Shown here one piece after another: positions 8,734 through 18,180 of a stretch of 64,000 nucleotides of DNA. Below the pieces are notes generated by a model, which saw nothing but the letters and a program-made list of their open reading frames with translations, did no database searches and was not told the DNA's origin. The stretch spans positions 570 through 64,569 of IMG/VR virus record IMGVR_UViG_3300012036_000007, one strand, 5' to 3'. The DNA is from a virus (lineage: Duplodnaviria > Caudoviricetes). The translations under genes and the position numbers were made by a program. Every line of letters begins with the position of its first letter. Within the stretch, counting starts at the first letter, position 1.

Positions 8734-9645
8734 ATGACGGCAGAATCAGAAGTTAAGCAAACAGTGTTGGTGGAAGTCCCGCAGCGTACGTTGGATGCGT
8801 TGGAGCAAGATCACGACCACATCACGCAGATCAGAGCGGCTATGGCAAAAGTCCGCTATCAAGAGGATGTTGTGTCTGGCATCAAGGATGAGCTGAAAGA
8901 TGCCAAGACAGAGTTGGATTTGCGTCAGGCTAAGATGAATGACCTGATCGAGAGCGGGCCGCCCAAGGTCGATCCTCAGCAGATGCTTCCTTTCGGTGTC
9001 GTCAGCACGGATGATGAGGAAGGTGATGAAGACGAGGGAGATGATTTCGATTCGCTTGACGATGATCCATCGGATGATGAGACGATCGGCGGTGACGGTG
9101 AATCGATCGACGGTGATGACGAGGCGAATCTGCCCGATGGTGAATCGATTGATGCAGAAGGTGAATCGATTGGGCCGGATGATGAGTCGCCAGCGGTGGC
9201 CAACGAATCGGCAGCTGTTGAAAGCCAGCCCAAGTTAAAGGTGCCTGACTTTATCATGTTGATGGCTATCCCGATGAAGTCCAAGAACGCGTTGGCAGCA
9301 ACGGGAGTGACGAATCTAGCTGAGTTGCAGAACCTCGCGAACGGCAACAACCCGAAGTATCCGAAGGGTCTGCCAGACGTGAAGGGTTTGGGACGCAAGA
9401 GCATCGAATCGCTGATTGAAGAAATGCCATCGACGGCCAAGGAGCAGCCGAAGGTCAAGGACACGCCGAACGGTGAGGTCAAGAAGATCCAAGCGTTGAG
9501 CTTTATGACCGGCGAATCGTACTCGATTGAGGCTGGCAACAAATACGATGCGATGGTCATGCACGACGGTAAGGCCATCGTTGAGTTAGGCACTGAGAGG
9601 TTCGAGCTTGCTGAATACGACTACGAATTGGTGGTCGAAGAATGA
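8734..9645 (+). CDS. Coiled coil + acidic repeat linker + RNAP alpha-CTD/HhH-like domain
   Basis: GESI(D/G) x3 acidic repeats; KSKNALAATGVTNLAEL...VKGLGRKSIESL. Confidence 0.55.
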   Translation: MTAESEVKQTVLVEVPQRTLDALEQDHDHITQIRAAMAKVRYQEDVVSGIKDELKDAKTELDLRQAKMNDLIESGPPKVDPQQMLPFGVVSTDDEEGDEDEGDDFDSLDDDPSDDETIGGDGESIDGDDEANLPDGESIDAEGESIGPDDESPAVANESAAVESQPKLKVPDFIMLMAIPMKSKNALAATGVTNLAELQNLANGNNPKYPKGLPDVKGLGRKSIESLIEEMPSTAKEQPKVKDTPNGEVKKIQALSFMTGESYSIEAGNKYDAMVMHDGKAIVELGTERFELAEYDYELVVEE

Positions 9646-9869
9646 GTAACCAAGATAAATTCTGGATGGTGTTAGGTCGTGGCGTGCCAACACATCGGCA
9701 TTCGACTGAAGAGGTTGCTCGGAATGAGGCTGGTCGGCTGGCCAAGCTGAACCCAGATCAGGATTTCTATGTCCTCGAGGCTATCGCAGTAGCCAGAAGC
9801 AGCACGGTGTCTTGGTCGAATCTTCGCAGTCCAGCATCGGTCCACATTGAAGATGATAAGCCGTTTTGA
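9642..9869 (+). CDS. Conserved phage hypothetical protein
   Basis: FWMV..PTHRH.T.E.A..EA.RLA..NP...FYVLEA; ATGA coupling. Confidence 0.7.
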   Translation: MSNQDKFWMVLGRGVPTHRHSTEEVARNEAGRLAKLNPDQDFYVLEAIAVARSSTVSWSNLRSPASVHIEDDKPF

Positions 9870-10372
9870 TCACCGCGACAGAAATTGAACGGGCTTTGAT
9901 TCGGTATCTGAGTCGGCCCGGTCGCTTGATCTGCACGAACACCTACATGCTTGATTCACCGTGGGAGAGTGATTTACTCACGGTGAGCAAGCCGATGTAT
10001 TGGCAGGAATTCGAGATCAAGCTGACGGTCGCAGACTACAAGGCAGACTTCCGCAAAGCCTACAAATGGGGGGCAAAGATCAAGAAGCATGTTGCTTACG
10101 CCCGGTCTCAAGAGATCCGAATCAATCGCAGGATATTGTGTCCCAAGCCGCGCCAGTTCTGGTTTGTGTTCCCCGAAGGCATGGTGCCGGTATCGGAAGT
10201 GCCTCAGCATTGCGGGGTCCTGCTGTACGGTAAAAGTGATTGGCGTGAAGAGAATTGCATCAAGTTGGCCAGGAAAGCCAGAGTGCTTAAGAACCCAACG
10301 AAGTTGACCGAAAGGCATATTTTCAACCTTGCTTTGAAGTGTGCGACGAAGACGCATTCGATAAACGGGTAG
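9866..10372 (+). CDS. MmcB-like PD-(D/E)xK nuclease-fold protein
   Basis: WESDLL...EFEIKLTVADYKADFRK...FWFVFP...CGVL. Confidence 0.65.
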   Translation: MITATEIERALIRYLSRPGRLICTNTYMLDSPWESDLLTVSKPMYWQEFEIKLTVADYKADFRKAYKWGAKIKKHVAYARSQEIRINRRILCPKPRQFWFVFPEGMVPVSEVPQHCGVLLYGKSDWREENCIKLARKARVLKNPTKLTERHIFNLALKCATKTHSING

Positions 10373-10380
10373 GGCGTCGA
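10354..10380 (+). promoter_or_regulatory. ECF-type promoter variant GCATTC-N14-GCGTCGA (membrane/lysis cluster)
   Basis: GCATTC gataaacgggtagg GCGTCGA, 76 nt before ATG 10457. Confidence 0.55.
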
Positions 10381-10456
10381 TATTGCGGTTGTCGGTGACT
10401 GGCCGGACTTTGGACAGCACGAAAGTTGTGTTTATGTCCATCCAAAGGTTCGAACT

Positions 10457-10978
10457 ATGCCCTGGTATCAAGACCGGCGGTTTCACATTGCCATCGGTAT
10501 CACCACCGTATTCCTCCTGTTGCGATTTCTGTTCACCGGCAATCTGTCCGTGGTCGGTGATTACTACTTCGTGCCGGAAGACCCCGAAAAGCCGAAGTCG
10601 ATCGATATTGTCCCGGTCCTTTTCCAGATGGCGATATCGTTCTTTGCGATCGTTGGTTCATCGGTTGTCCTGTGGGTGACCAAGATCTGGGCACGTATTG
10701 CGGACCTCGTGGACGGATATACCGAGACTCGCACAGCGACCAAAGCCGAGCCCGGCAGCAAGGAAGAACTCAAAGATGCGCTGTTCGAGGCCGCTAGTGA
10801 GGGTCGCAGAGATGAGCTAGACCGATTGGTCGATTTCACGCGAAAACCCAAGGCCGTAACGCTACTGACTCGCGAGATCCGAGAGGGGCGCCTTGATGAG
10901 GCGGAGAAGTTGTTTGCCGAGATCAAGCGACTCGAAGGCCAGACCAGTCCTACCAAGCGTAAGGAGGCCGCGAAATGA
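10457..10978 (+). CDS. Two-TM membrane protein
   Basis: Hydrophobic segments FHIAIGITTVFLLLRFLF and VLFQMAISFFAIVGSSVVLWV. Confidence 0.75.
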   Translation: MPWYQDRRFHIAIGITTVFLLLRFLFTGNLSVVGDYYFVPEDPEKPKSIDIVPVLFQMAISFFAIVGSSVVLWVTKIWARIADLVDGYTETRTATKAEPGSKEELKDALFEAASEGRRDELDRLVDFTRKPKAVTLLTREIREGRLDEAEKLFAEIKRLEGQTSPTKRKEAAK

Positions 10979-11466
10979 GCGACGACTACCTATACGAAAG
11001 CGGAAGCAAACAGAGCAGCGGTGGCGGGTTTAGCAATCTGATCCTGATCGTCGTCATCGCAGCGGTTTGCTACTTCGCGTGGAATCGATCCGATTGGGGT
11101 GGCGGTGATAAGCAAGACCGCGACAAGCAAGAGGAACGTGAGGACCAAAAAAAAGACGACGAATCCGATGGGCGTGAGGTCGATGCGGATTGGTCTGGCT
11201 ACAGCTTCTATTCGCTGGTGGAGACCAAACCGCTAGAGCCCAAGACGCTGTCGATGCTCGATGCGTTGAAGGTCTATGCGAAAGCCAATGACATGGCCGG
11301 GGCCGTCCACTACGACGATGACCTGCCCGAAGTCAAAGACAAGATCGATTGGGCCAAGAGCAAGGGAGTCAGTCCGCCGTTCACGATCCTGTACGAGGAC
11401 CTACAGACGCCTAAGAGTGTGATTTCATTCCCGAAAACGATAGCTGATTTGGAGGGCTTGAAATGA
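10975..11466 (+). CDS. Single-TM anchored protein
   Basis: LILIVVIAAVCYFAW followed by a charged linker and a globular domain. Confidence 0.75.
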   Translation: MSDDYLYESGSKQSSGGGFSNLILIVVIAAVCYFAWNRSDWGGGDKQDRDKQEEREDQKKDDESDGREVDADWSGYSFYSLVETKPLEPKTLSMLDALKVYAKANDMAGAVHYDDDLPEVKDKIDWAKSKGVSPPFTILYEDLQTPKSVISFPKTIADLEGLK

Positions 11467-12371
11467 GCGAACTAGCCACGTTTAAGAACCCAGAAGGTTT
11501 TGAATTCTCGACCGGTCTGATAATGCCGGATGACAATCAGAAGGCGTTAATGAACGCGGTTGAAGAGTATCCCGACTCGATGATGCTCGACGATCCCGAC
11601 ATCGAAAAGCTGCTGAAGGACTACGATTACAAACAATCGCGGCGTGATTTAGCACCTTACATGATCAATCAGTCATCGGTGGGAAAGTGCAACACGAGCG
11701 CCGTTGTCGGTGCAGTGGATCAACTTCGACTGCAACAGGGCCTACCCCACATTCCGCTTGCCGATGACCAGCTTTATATGCGGGTCAACGGTGGCCGCGA
11801 TGCTGGCAGTGCACTGATCGAAGGTTATCGCGAGTTGCTTGAGCGAGGCGTAGCACCTCGCTTTGTGCAAGTCGGTGGAATGACCAAGGCATTTCCGCAC
11901 TTCAAGATCCGTCAACGAGATATTCCATCCGACATATGGCAAGCAGCCATGTCTGAGATGAGCCGCTTCCGTGGCTTTGAATGGTATCGAGCACCTCTTG
12001 ATCGGGCCGGTTATGCCAGAGCACTGGCATCTGCCCTAGCCCGTCGTCAGCCGGTCGTCTTCGCATGGCATGTCGGCAACAACGGGATGCGACTGAGAAA
12101 CGGCTATGCACAGATTAGCCGTGGACCGGGCAACCATGCCAACGTCTTCCACTCAGCGAAGTACGTGGGTGGCCAAGACATCGTACACCCAGACGATCGC
12201 AATTCATGGGGACCGTCCAAGGACGTGATCTATGGCCCAACGAACAGCGGTTGGGGCGAAGCCGGCTACGCGTTATTCACGATGGATGATGCATTCGCAT
12301 GTGCCGGAAACCACTACACGTACATCGGGACTTCGGTACGTCCTGATCCCACTAACGACTTCGGTGTGTAA
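11463..12371 (+). CDS. Papain-like (C1) cysteine peptidase
   Basis: NQSSVGKCNTSA (Gln/Cys), GNHAN (His), RNSWG (Asn), WGEAGY. Confidence 0.8.
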   Translation: MSELATFKNPEGFEFSTGLIMPDDNQKALMNAVEEYPDSMMLDDPDIEKLLKDYDYKQSRRDLAPYMINQSSVGKCNTSAVVGAVDQLRLQQGLPHIPLADDQLYMRVNGGRDAGSALIEGYRELLERGVAPRFVQVGGMTKAFPHFKIRQRDIPSDIWQAAMSEMSRFRGFEWYRAPLDRAGYARALASALARRQPVVFAWHVGNNGMRLRNGYAQISRGPGNHANVFHSAKYVGGQDIVHPDDRNSWGPSKDVIYGPTNSGWGEAGYALFTMDDAFACAGNHYTYIGTSVRPDPTNDFGV

Positions 12372-12407
12372 CCCGTAGTCAAATTCGAACCCTGAGGAAA
12401 AGTGATT

Positions 12408-13043
12408 ATGAAACCACAGTTGATCTTATCGGTGTTTGTTGCCCTAATCGGGTACGCCATCATGCCATCGGATAAGTCCGATGAGCCCAAGCAATCGGTG
12501 GCTGAAGTCACCGAGATTGAGAACCCGTTTGAAGCCGTAGACCTACCGATGTTCGTCTCACAGCTGGACGGCTACGGCACTCCCGCGAGCGAGCCGACAA
12601 GCAGTTACGACGTTTGCGATTGTGACTGTGACGCCAACACGGAAGCGATCAAGAGGCTTGCATCGCGGGTGACCAAGTTGGAAGCCGAGCACAGCGACTT
12701 GAAAGCCAAATTCACGCCCGCGATGGCGAGCTACAACAGCACTGGAAGCGGAAGCAGTGGGTCGACCTATTCGAGCTACCAGACTGCGAGTGTCGGCAAT
12801 GGCAGCACCGGTGGGGCGGTCCAGTCCTATGCCCCGGTAGTTAGCCGTGAGATCCGAACGCCCGTTAGAAGTGCTGTCCAGACCATCGTGCAACCGCAAT
12901 ACCAAGTCCAGTACCAGCCGACTGTATCTAGTGGCACGTGCTACATCGATCCAGTCAGTGGCCAGCAAATATGCCCGACGGCTAACACAAGCAATTCGTA
13001 TCAGCCATTGCGGCGCGGACTGCTCGGCTGGCGTAGGCGGTAG
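12408..13043 (+). CDS. Exported protein with coiled coil and low-complexity tail
   Basis: N-terminal hydrophobic helix, EAIKRLASRVTKLEAE coiled coil, C-terminal RRGLLGWRRR. Confidence 0.7.
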   Translation: MKPQLILSVFVALIGYAIMPSDKSDEPKQSVAEVTEIENPFEAVDLPMFVSQLDGYGTPASEPTSSYDVCDCDCDANTEAIKRLASRVTKLEAEHSDLKAKFTPAMASYNSTGSGSSGSTYSSYQTASVGNGSTGGAVQSYAPVVSREIRTPVRSAVQTIVQPQYQVQYQPTVSSGTCYIDPVSGQQICPTANTSNSYQPLRRGLLGWRRR

Positions 13044-13046
13044 GCC

Positions 13047-13289
13047 ATGGCTAATTGGGTCCGTGGAGTATTGATAGCGGTAGCGGTCATTTTGGTCGCT
13101 ACCGTTATCCTCCGATTCCAAAGCTGTTCTATCTTGCCGTTCGATGGACGGTTCCGAGAGTCCATAAGCGATTTTTGGAACGACAGGAAAGAACGCAAAC
13201 AGGACCGCAATGAAGAGCGGTCAGACGACCAGAAAGCGGACGATGAGAACGATCAAGACAACCAACGAAGATTTTGGCGAAGGCGATAG
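13047..13289 (+). CDS. Small membrane-anchored protein
   Basis: GVLIAVAVILVATVIL followed by a charged tail. Confidence 0.65.
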   Translation: MANWVRGVLIAVAVILVATVILRFQSCSILPFDGRFRESISDFWNDRKERKQDRNEERSDDQKADDENDQDNQRRFWRRR

Positions 13290-13292
13290 AAC

Positions 13293-13652
13293 GTGCAGCT
13301 CGATTTGATAGTCATATTCATACATGCCATCGCGGTCACAACGGGCCTCTGGACCATGTATAGACATGGCGAGTTCTTCGAGGACTTCCGCATGTCGGAC
13401 GTACTGCACGGGCGTTGGGACGCGTGGCTCTACATCATCAACTCGTTGTCGACTGCATTATGTGTTGTCGAGATCGCAATCAGGATCGGGTGGTGGGCGA
13501 CCATCAATTGGAAGTTTTCAGCCGACTTTTGGATGTACGCCTTTCTTTCGTTCCATGCCTTCTCCGGAATCCTCGCGACGGTCATCCATGTCGTCACCAA
13601 CAAGTTGCTCAGAAAGGGTGAGTTCTGCGCATTGTGTAAAAGGAATTTTTAG
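13293..13652 (+). CDS. Three-TM membrane protein
   Basis: Three hydrophobic helices; C-terminal CxxC. Confidence 0.65.
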   Translation: MQLDLIVIFIHAIAVTTGLWTMYRHGEFFEDFRMSDVLHGRWDAWLYIINSLSTALCVVEIAIRIGWWATINWKFSADFWMYAFLSFHAFSGILATVIHVVTNKLLRKGEFCALCKRNF

Positions 13653-13662
13653 AGTGCCTGGA

Positions 13663-14007
13663 ATGCAGCGAGATTACACATGGTTTGCCGTCGCAATCAT
13701 TTCATTTATGGCCGGAGTGGTGGCCAACATCGTGTACCCGAATCGACGCGGTGTGCTCGGATTTATCTCTGCTGCTGTGATTGGGATTTTCTGCGGTGGC
13801 GTATCCGGCATGTCGGCACACGCGCTGGAATTGCACAACAGTTGGGTCTACGTGATATCAGCTTCGGTAGCGGTTCTAGGAGATAGGGTGCTCACGTTTG
13901 TGCTTTGTCGGCGTGAAAGGCAAACGACCAACAATTACATCAACGGCGGTCAAAACGCGTTCGGGAACAACGAGATCGAAATGAATCACAAGGAAGAGGA
14001 TCGGTAA
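13663..14007 (+). CDS. Holin-like three-TM protein with C-terminal N/G/Q-rich motif
   Basis: 114 aa, three TM helices, tail TTNNYINGGQNAFGNNEIEMNH; TAATG coupling to the next gene. Confidence 0.6.
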   Translation: MQRDYTWFAVAIISFMAGVVANIVYPNRRGVLGFISAAVIGIFCGGVSGMSAHALELHNSWVYVISASVAVLGDRVLTFVLCRRERQTTNNYINGGQNAFGNNEIEMNHKEEDR

Positions 14008-14552
14008 TGCCTGACTTCAATTTCGGCAACTTCGATATCAGTGGCGGCCAAAGTGCGTTTGGCGACAACAAGCTCGCGATGAATCAGACCATCGGCGCAA
14101 ACCAAGTCGCAAAGCGACTTGATGCGATCAACACGCTTGCAGGCTTGTTCGAGACCGAATTGCAAGTGAGGCAGGCAAGGACAACCACAGTCGACATCGA
14201 GCCCGTGAATGATGCCCCACGAGGTGAACCAGAATCGATTGTTGAGCCAAACCCGTTAGACGAACCGCCTGCTTTGAAAGTCACCGCAGAGTTGATGGCG
14301 GAAGCCAAGGAATTGGAGGCTTCAGAGGCCGAAGGTAACGAGCCCACGGAAGAACAGAAATCGACGTTTGCGGCCAAGGCAAAGTCTGTATTTGGCTCCG
14401 TGGGTGGGTTTCTCAGTAAGAACTTCATTCCGGCTGCGAGGGTAGCTGTTGCAGGGTTATCGGTAGGCACGCCGGGATTTGCGGCATCGGTTATATTGAG
14501 TTGCTTGGAGGCAACGATCAAGATTTCATCGCCCAATGATGAGAGTAAGTAA
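14007..14552 (+). CDS. Hypothetical protein with N-terminal GGQxAFGxN motif and C-terminal hydrophobic hairpin
   Basis: N-terminal FDISGGQSAFGDNKLAMNQ; C-terminal AARVAVAGLSVGTPGFAASVILSCL. Confidence 0.7.
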   Translation: MPDFNFGNFDISGGQSAFGDNKLAMNQTIGANQVAKRLDAINTLAGLFETELQVRQARTTTVDIEPVNDAPRGEPESIVEPNPLDEPPALKVTAELMAEAKELEASEAEGNEPTEEQKSTFAAKAKSVFGSVGGFLSKNFIPAARVAVAGLSVGTPGFAASVILSCLEATIKISSPNDESK

Positions 14553-14661
14553 CCCACCCATGATCCAAACCATCTACTACATCCTCCGCCACCCGATCCA
14601 CGCGTATCGCGGTTCGGTACCAGATACACAATTCAACGTCACATTTTTTGAGTAATGGCTA

Positions 14662-17600
14662 ATGGCAATTAATTTATCGTCCACGACAATCGCTGAAAAT
14701 AATTCAATCAACGATGCGGTCGGAACGCTATCGGCCACGGATGTGGACGTGGGTGGTACGCTGACGTTTACTTTGGTCTCCGGATCAGGTGACACGGACA
14801 ACGCATCGTTTTCGATCGTCGGCACCGAATTGCGAGCAGCAGAGGTTTTTGATTTCGAAACGAAGTCTAGCTACTCAGTGCGTATCAACGTCAACGATGG
14901 CACCGATGACTATTCCGAGGCGTTTACGATTACGGTAACGGATGGCATAGACTTTATAGAAACCGGATTCAAATTCATCAACTTTCGGAACTCAGAAATA
15001 TACACGACCGATGATGCAGGCGATACGTTTTGCGTTAGTGATGTTTATCCTACTACTCGAAACGGAATAACATTTGGCTGGACAAACGGTGCACCTACAG
15101 ATTCGAACAGAAGCTCAAGCGTCGACCCGAAATTTGCAGGTTTTAATGGTACAAATACTGGTTTTATTAAATTCCGCCTAGATTTAACCCCTGGTACTTA
15201 TCGATTTCGCTCAGCCAGTGGAATCGCGAATCAAACTATCAGCACGGGGATCCTTGTAAATCAAGGAAACTCCGCAGGGGAAATTTACCGCGTAGCATCG
15301 GTTAGCGTACCGTCCGGCAGCTCGCTCGATGCTGGTGGTACTGTTCGGACACGAGCTGATTGGTTGGCAAATAACGACTACGTAGAAGCAACAATCACAG
15401 AAAGCTTTATAGAGATTGAACGCAATAACGTCATTCTCTACTTGCAGACGTTCGGTTTTGAGGAACTAGTCGTTCCACTATCCGCAGCAGTGTTGAGCAA
15501 CGCCACAGATAGCGGTGTTCATGATGGAACAATCTTTGCTAAAGAGCCTGAAGGTCACCAAATCGGAAAAATTTCGTCTCCTACTGGTGCTCAAGCTTTT
15601 TCTCTTCTGGGGTCGTCATCTACTTACCTTGCCCTCGAAGATAGAAACGGATCGACCTATCTGGTAACTACGGGGACTCGCATCCCAGACAATTGGACTG
15701 ATACGGTAACCATTCGGCAGACAACCGACTTGGAAACGAAAGATACTAATTTCGTCTTGACCGCAACAGCTATTGACAGACCGGTTACTGGGCTGTATTC
15801 AGACGTAACTAGCCGAACTCTGAGTGAGAGAGCGATCACCCGAGCAGTCATCTACGCAGAATTGTGGCCTGGATACGAAGACCAAGCATTTGACTCGGAT
15901 CAAACAGCGACTAGCACAACTGACCTAAGAGACAAAATAAATGGATTGACGCCTGACGGAACTAGCTGGTATCGAATCCGGGTGCAAGACGGAACGTGGA
16001 CCGGGACAGCGTTTCTAAACAAGAAAGATTTCGGGGCAGGCGGATTGTTGATAGAGCCTGATACAGGGCACGATCCACTAATTGAGTGTGAAATCGACAA
16101 CATGCTTCTTCGCAAATGCCATGTTCGGGGATTGAAAATCAACCCGTGGGGCGATAGTGCTGGTCAGTATACTTTTAATGGCGGTATCGGATCAGCACCT
16201 TACACATTGCTTCGATTTTCGGAACTAAGAGCTGGGGCTTTTTATGCACCTGGATTTGATATTGATGACTGGGCCGATTGGTCCGATGTGTTTGGGTTTG
16301 AATTTTGCGAACAAATTGCCATCCACAATTGTGAGTTCAATGGTGTGTCGAATTGTGTGAACATTTCCGGAGGGCGGATTTTTAGCCTTGTCGGCAATAC
16401 CTACAGACAAGTTGTGCGTGATTTCCATGCTTTAACTACGGCTTTCCGTTTCAGTACTCCACGAGGTGTGTTCGACGACGATATCACCTACTGCGAAATA
16501 GTAGATGGTACGTCATGGGATAAACCTGACATCCTGAGCCAAATCGCTACCGTCGGAGTTCCGCACGCTGATTATCTTCAGATTCGAAGGACGACAGGAG
16601 GCGGGGCCGCTTACCCGACAGGTTCGGCGGGATTGAACGGAAGCTCTAATGTAGCTTGGTTTCCAAATGTAATCGGTTTTACGGCTTCAGAAAACCGACT
16701 GTACGAAGTGGTATCAGTTACAGGGGACGGATTGATAGACCCCCAAAACCCACCTACTGGAACCGGGACAGGAATTGTCTCTGGCAATGTTACTTTTGAC
16801 TATTCAGCAGAATACGATTTGGGGACTGACTTTAGAGTGGTTCTAGAAAACAATTGCGTCCTAGCCGATGGAATCAATACAAACGTCGATGATTCGATTT
16901 ACCCTGACGTACAGTTTGTCATCAATTCAAACAATGGCTGGAATAATAATCTTATCATTTCCGCTATCAACAACATGTGCGGAACTAAAAACATCAGAGG
17001 CATAGTAGCAGGTAGTGATTCTGAAGTTTATGCAGAAAAGAACACCTTTGTTGGACCTGCTGAAAAACCTCTACAAAATGACCAAGCCATCATTAGCGGC
17101 GGTCTGGTGTGGGCATCGAGAAACATTGTTGGTGTCGCAGATTCAGCTCCAAATGTTGAGTCTAACCTAGGCGTGTTAATGAGCGAAAACAACGTCGGGG
17201 TTAATTTTCGATCTGGGGCTGTGTCACCGTTTTTGCCAAACGAAGTTTTAATTGGGACTTTTACACTCCAGGGTTCGGTAGGTTGGGTTTACCCAATCAC
17301 TGACGACGACACGGTTGACGCCACTGAGTTCCGAGCAGATATGCAAGGGCAGTTAACGCATAAAGCTGGAACAGCAGGGGCTACGATTACGCCTCTTGCT
17401 AATAATGACGTTACAGCACCAACCCTAGAATCGATTACGATTCAATCGAGCGGGACAACAGCCAGTCTGCAATTTTCCGAGCCGGTCACAGGTACAACCG
17501 TCCCCGTGTTTTCGACAGCAGGGATCGTTGCTACGTATGTATCGGGTAGTGGCTCGGACGAACTAACGTACTCACTCAGCCGAATTGCCTACTCAACAGA

Positions 17601-18180
17601 TACGCTCACAGCATCATTGGCCGGTGCTGCAATTCTCGATGACTCCGATAATGCTTTGGTTGACGTTACAGGATTTTCGGTAACAAATAATTCAACCCAG
17701 CCGGAACCTGACGTAACAGCACCAACACTTAGCAGCCCAACGATTAGCATCACGGGCACGACAGCAACGCTCTCTGTATCGACAAACGAAGCCAACGGCC
17801 TGATCTACTATTTACTCAAAGCCGGATCAGCTCCAAGCGATGGGGAGATTCTGTCAGCTTCTCAAACCGTGGCTCCTGGCTCAACTGGGGTGATTTCTCT
17901 CGGAAGCGAAACGGTTCTTTATGAGACGACATACCATCTAGGCGTCTTTCAGCTAGATGCTGCGTTCAACCAATCTGCAACCGTAACTACTTCCGAGACT
18001 AGTGGATCGGAGCCTTCCTCGGTAGACACCGAAGCAATCATCGAGGCAATCGAAGCAGCAACGGCAGCAATCTTGGCAACTACAAGCAAAGCGGCTATCC
18101 GTGAAGCGCTTGCAGGTCGTTGGACGAACTTAGGTACGGGTGCCGACTTTGACGATATTGAAATAGGAGATACACCGTAA
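14662..18180 (+). CDS. Large adhesin/fibre-like protein: cadherin domain, beta-helix-like core, Ig-like repeats
   Basis: TIAEN...GTLSATDVD...FDFETKSSYSVRINVNDG cadherin signature; HADYLQ beta-helix motif; two DVTAPTL repeats; visibly more AT-rich than flanks. Confidence 0.7.
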   Translation: MAINLSSTTIAENNSINDAVGTLSATDVDVGGTLTFTLVSGSGDTDNASFSIVGTELRAAEVFDFETKSSYSVRINVNDGTDDYSEAFTITVTDGIDFIETGFKFINFRNSEIYTTDDAGDTFCVSDVYPTTRNGITFGWTNGAPTDSNRSSSVDPKFAGFNGTNTGFIKFRLDLTPGTYRFRSASGIANQTISTGILVNQGNSAGEIYRVASVSVPSGSSLDAGGTVRTRADWLANNDYVEATITESFIEIERNNVILYLQTFGFEELVVPLSAAVLSNATDSGVHDGTIFAKEPEGHQIGKISSPTGAQAFSLLGSSSTYLALEDRNGSTYLVTTGTRIPDNWTDTVTIRQTTDLETKDTNFVLTATAIDRPVTGLYSDVTSRTLSERAITRAVIYAELWPGYEDQAFDSDQTATSTTDLRDKINGLTPDGTSWYRIRVQDGTWTGTAFLNKKDFGAGGLLIEPDTGHDPLIECEIDNMLLRKCHVRGLKINPWGDSAGQYTFNGGIGSAPYTLLRFSELRAGAFYAPGFDIDDWADWSDVFGFEFCEQIAIHNCEFNGVSNCVNISGGRIFSLVGNTYRQVVRDFHALTTAFRFSTPRGVFDDDITYCEIVDGTSWDKPDILSQIATVGVPHADYLQIRRTTGGGAAYPTGSAGLNGSSNVAWFPNVIGFTASENRLYEVVSVTGDGLIDPQNPPTGTGTGIVSGNVTFDYSAEYDLGTDFRVVLENNCVLADGINTNVDDSIYPDVQFVINSNNGWNNNLIISAINNMCGTKNIRGIVAGSDSEVYAEKNTFVGPAEKPLQNDQAIISGGLVWASRNIVGVADSAPNVESNLGVLMSENNVGVNFRSGAVSPFLPNEVLIGTFTLQGSVGWVYPITDDDTVDATEFRADMQGQLTHKAGTAGATITPLANNDVTAPTLESITIQSSGTTASLQFSEPVTGTTVPVFSTAGIVATYVSGSGSDELTYSLSRIAYSTDTLTASLAGAAILDDSDNALVDVTGFSVTNNSTQPEPDVTAPTLSSPTISITGTTATLSVSTNEANGLIYYLLKAGSAPSDGEILSASQTVAPGSTGVISLGSETVLYETTYHLGVFQLDAAFNQSATVTTSETSGSEPSSVDTEAIIEAIEAATAAILATTSKAAIREALAGRWTNLGTGADFDDIEIGDTP

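Noticed and set aside
9098-9190. Short repeats here and at 1856-2151 as a CRISPR array
   Set aside because: In-frame coding repeats with irregular spacing; no cas genes
13324-13662. Long N-terminus of the 227-aa ORF 13324-14007
   Set aside because: Overlaps the 3-TM gene 13293-13652; ATG 13663 is the more plausible start
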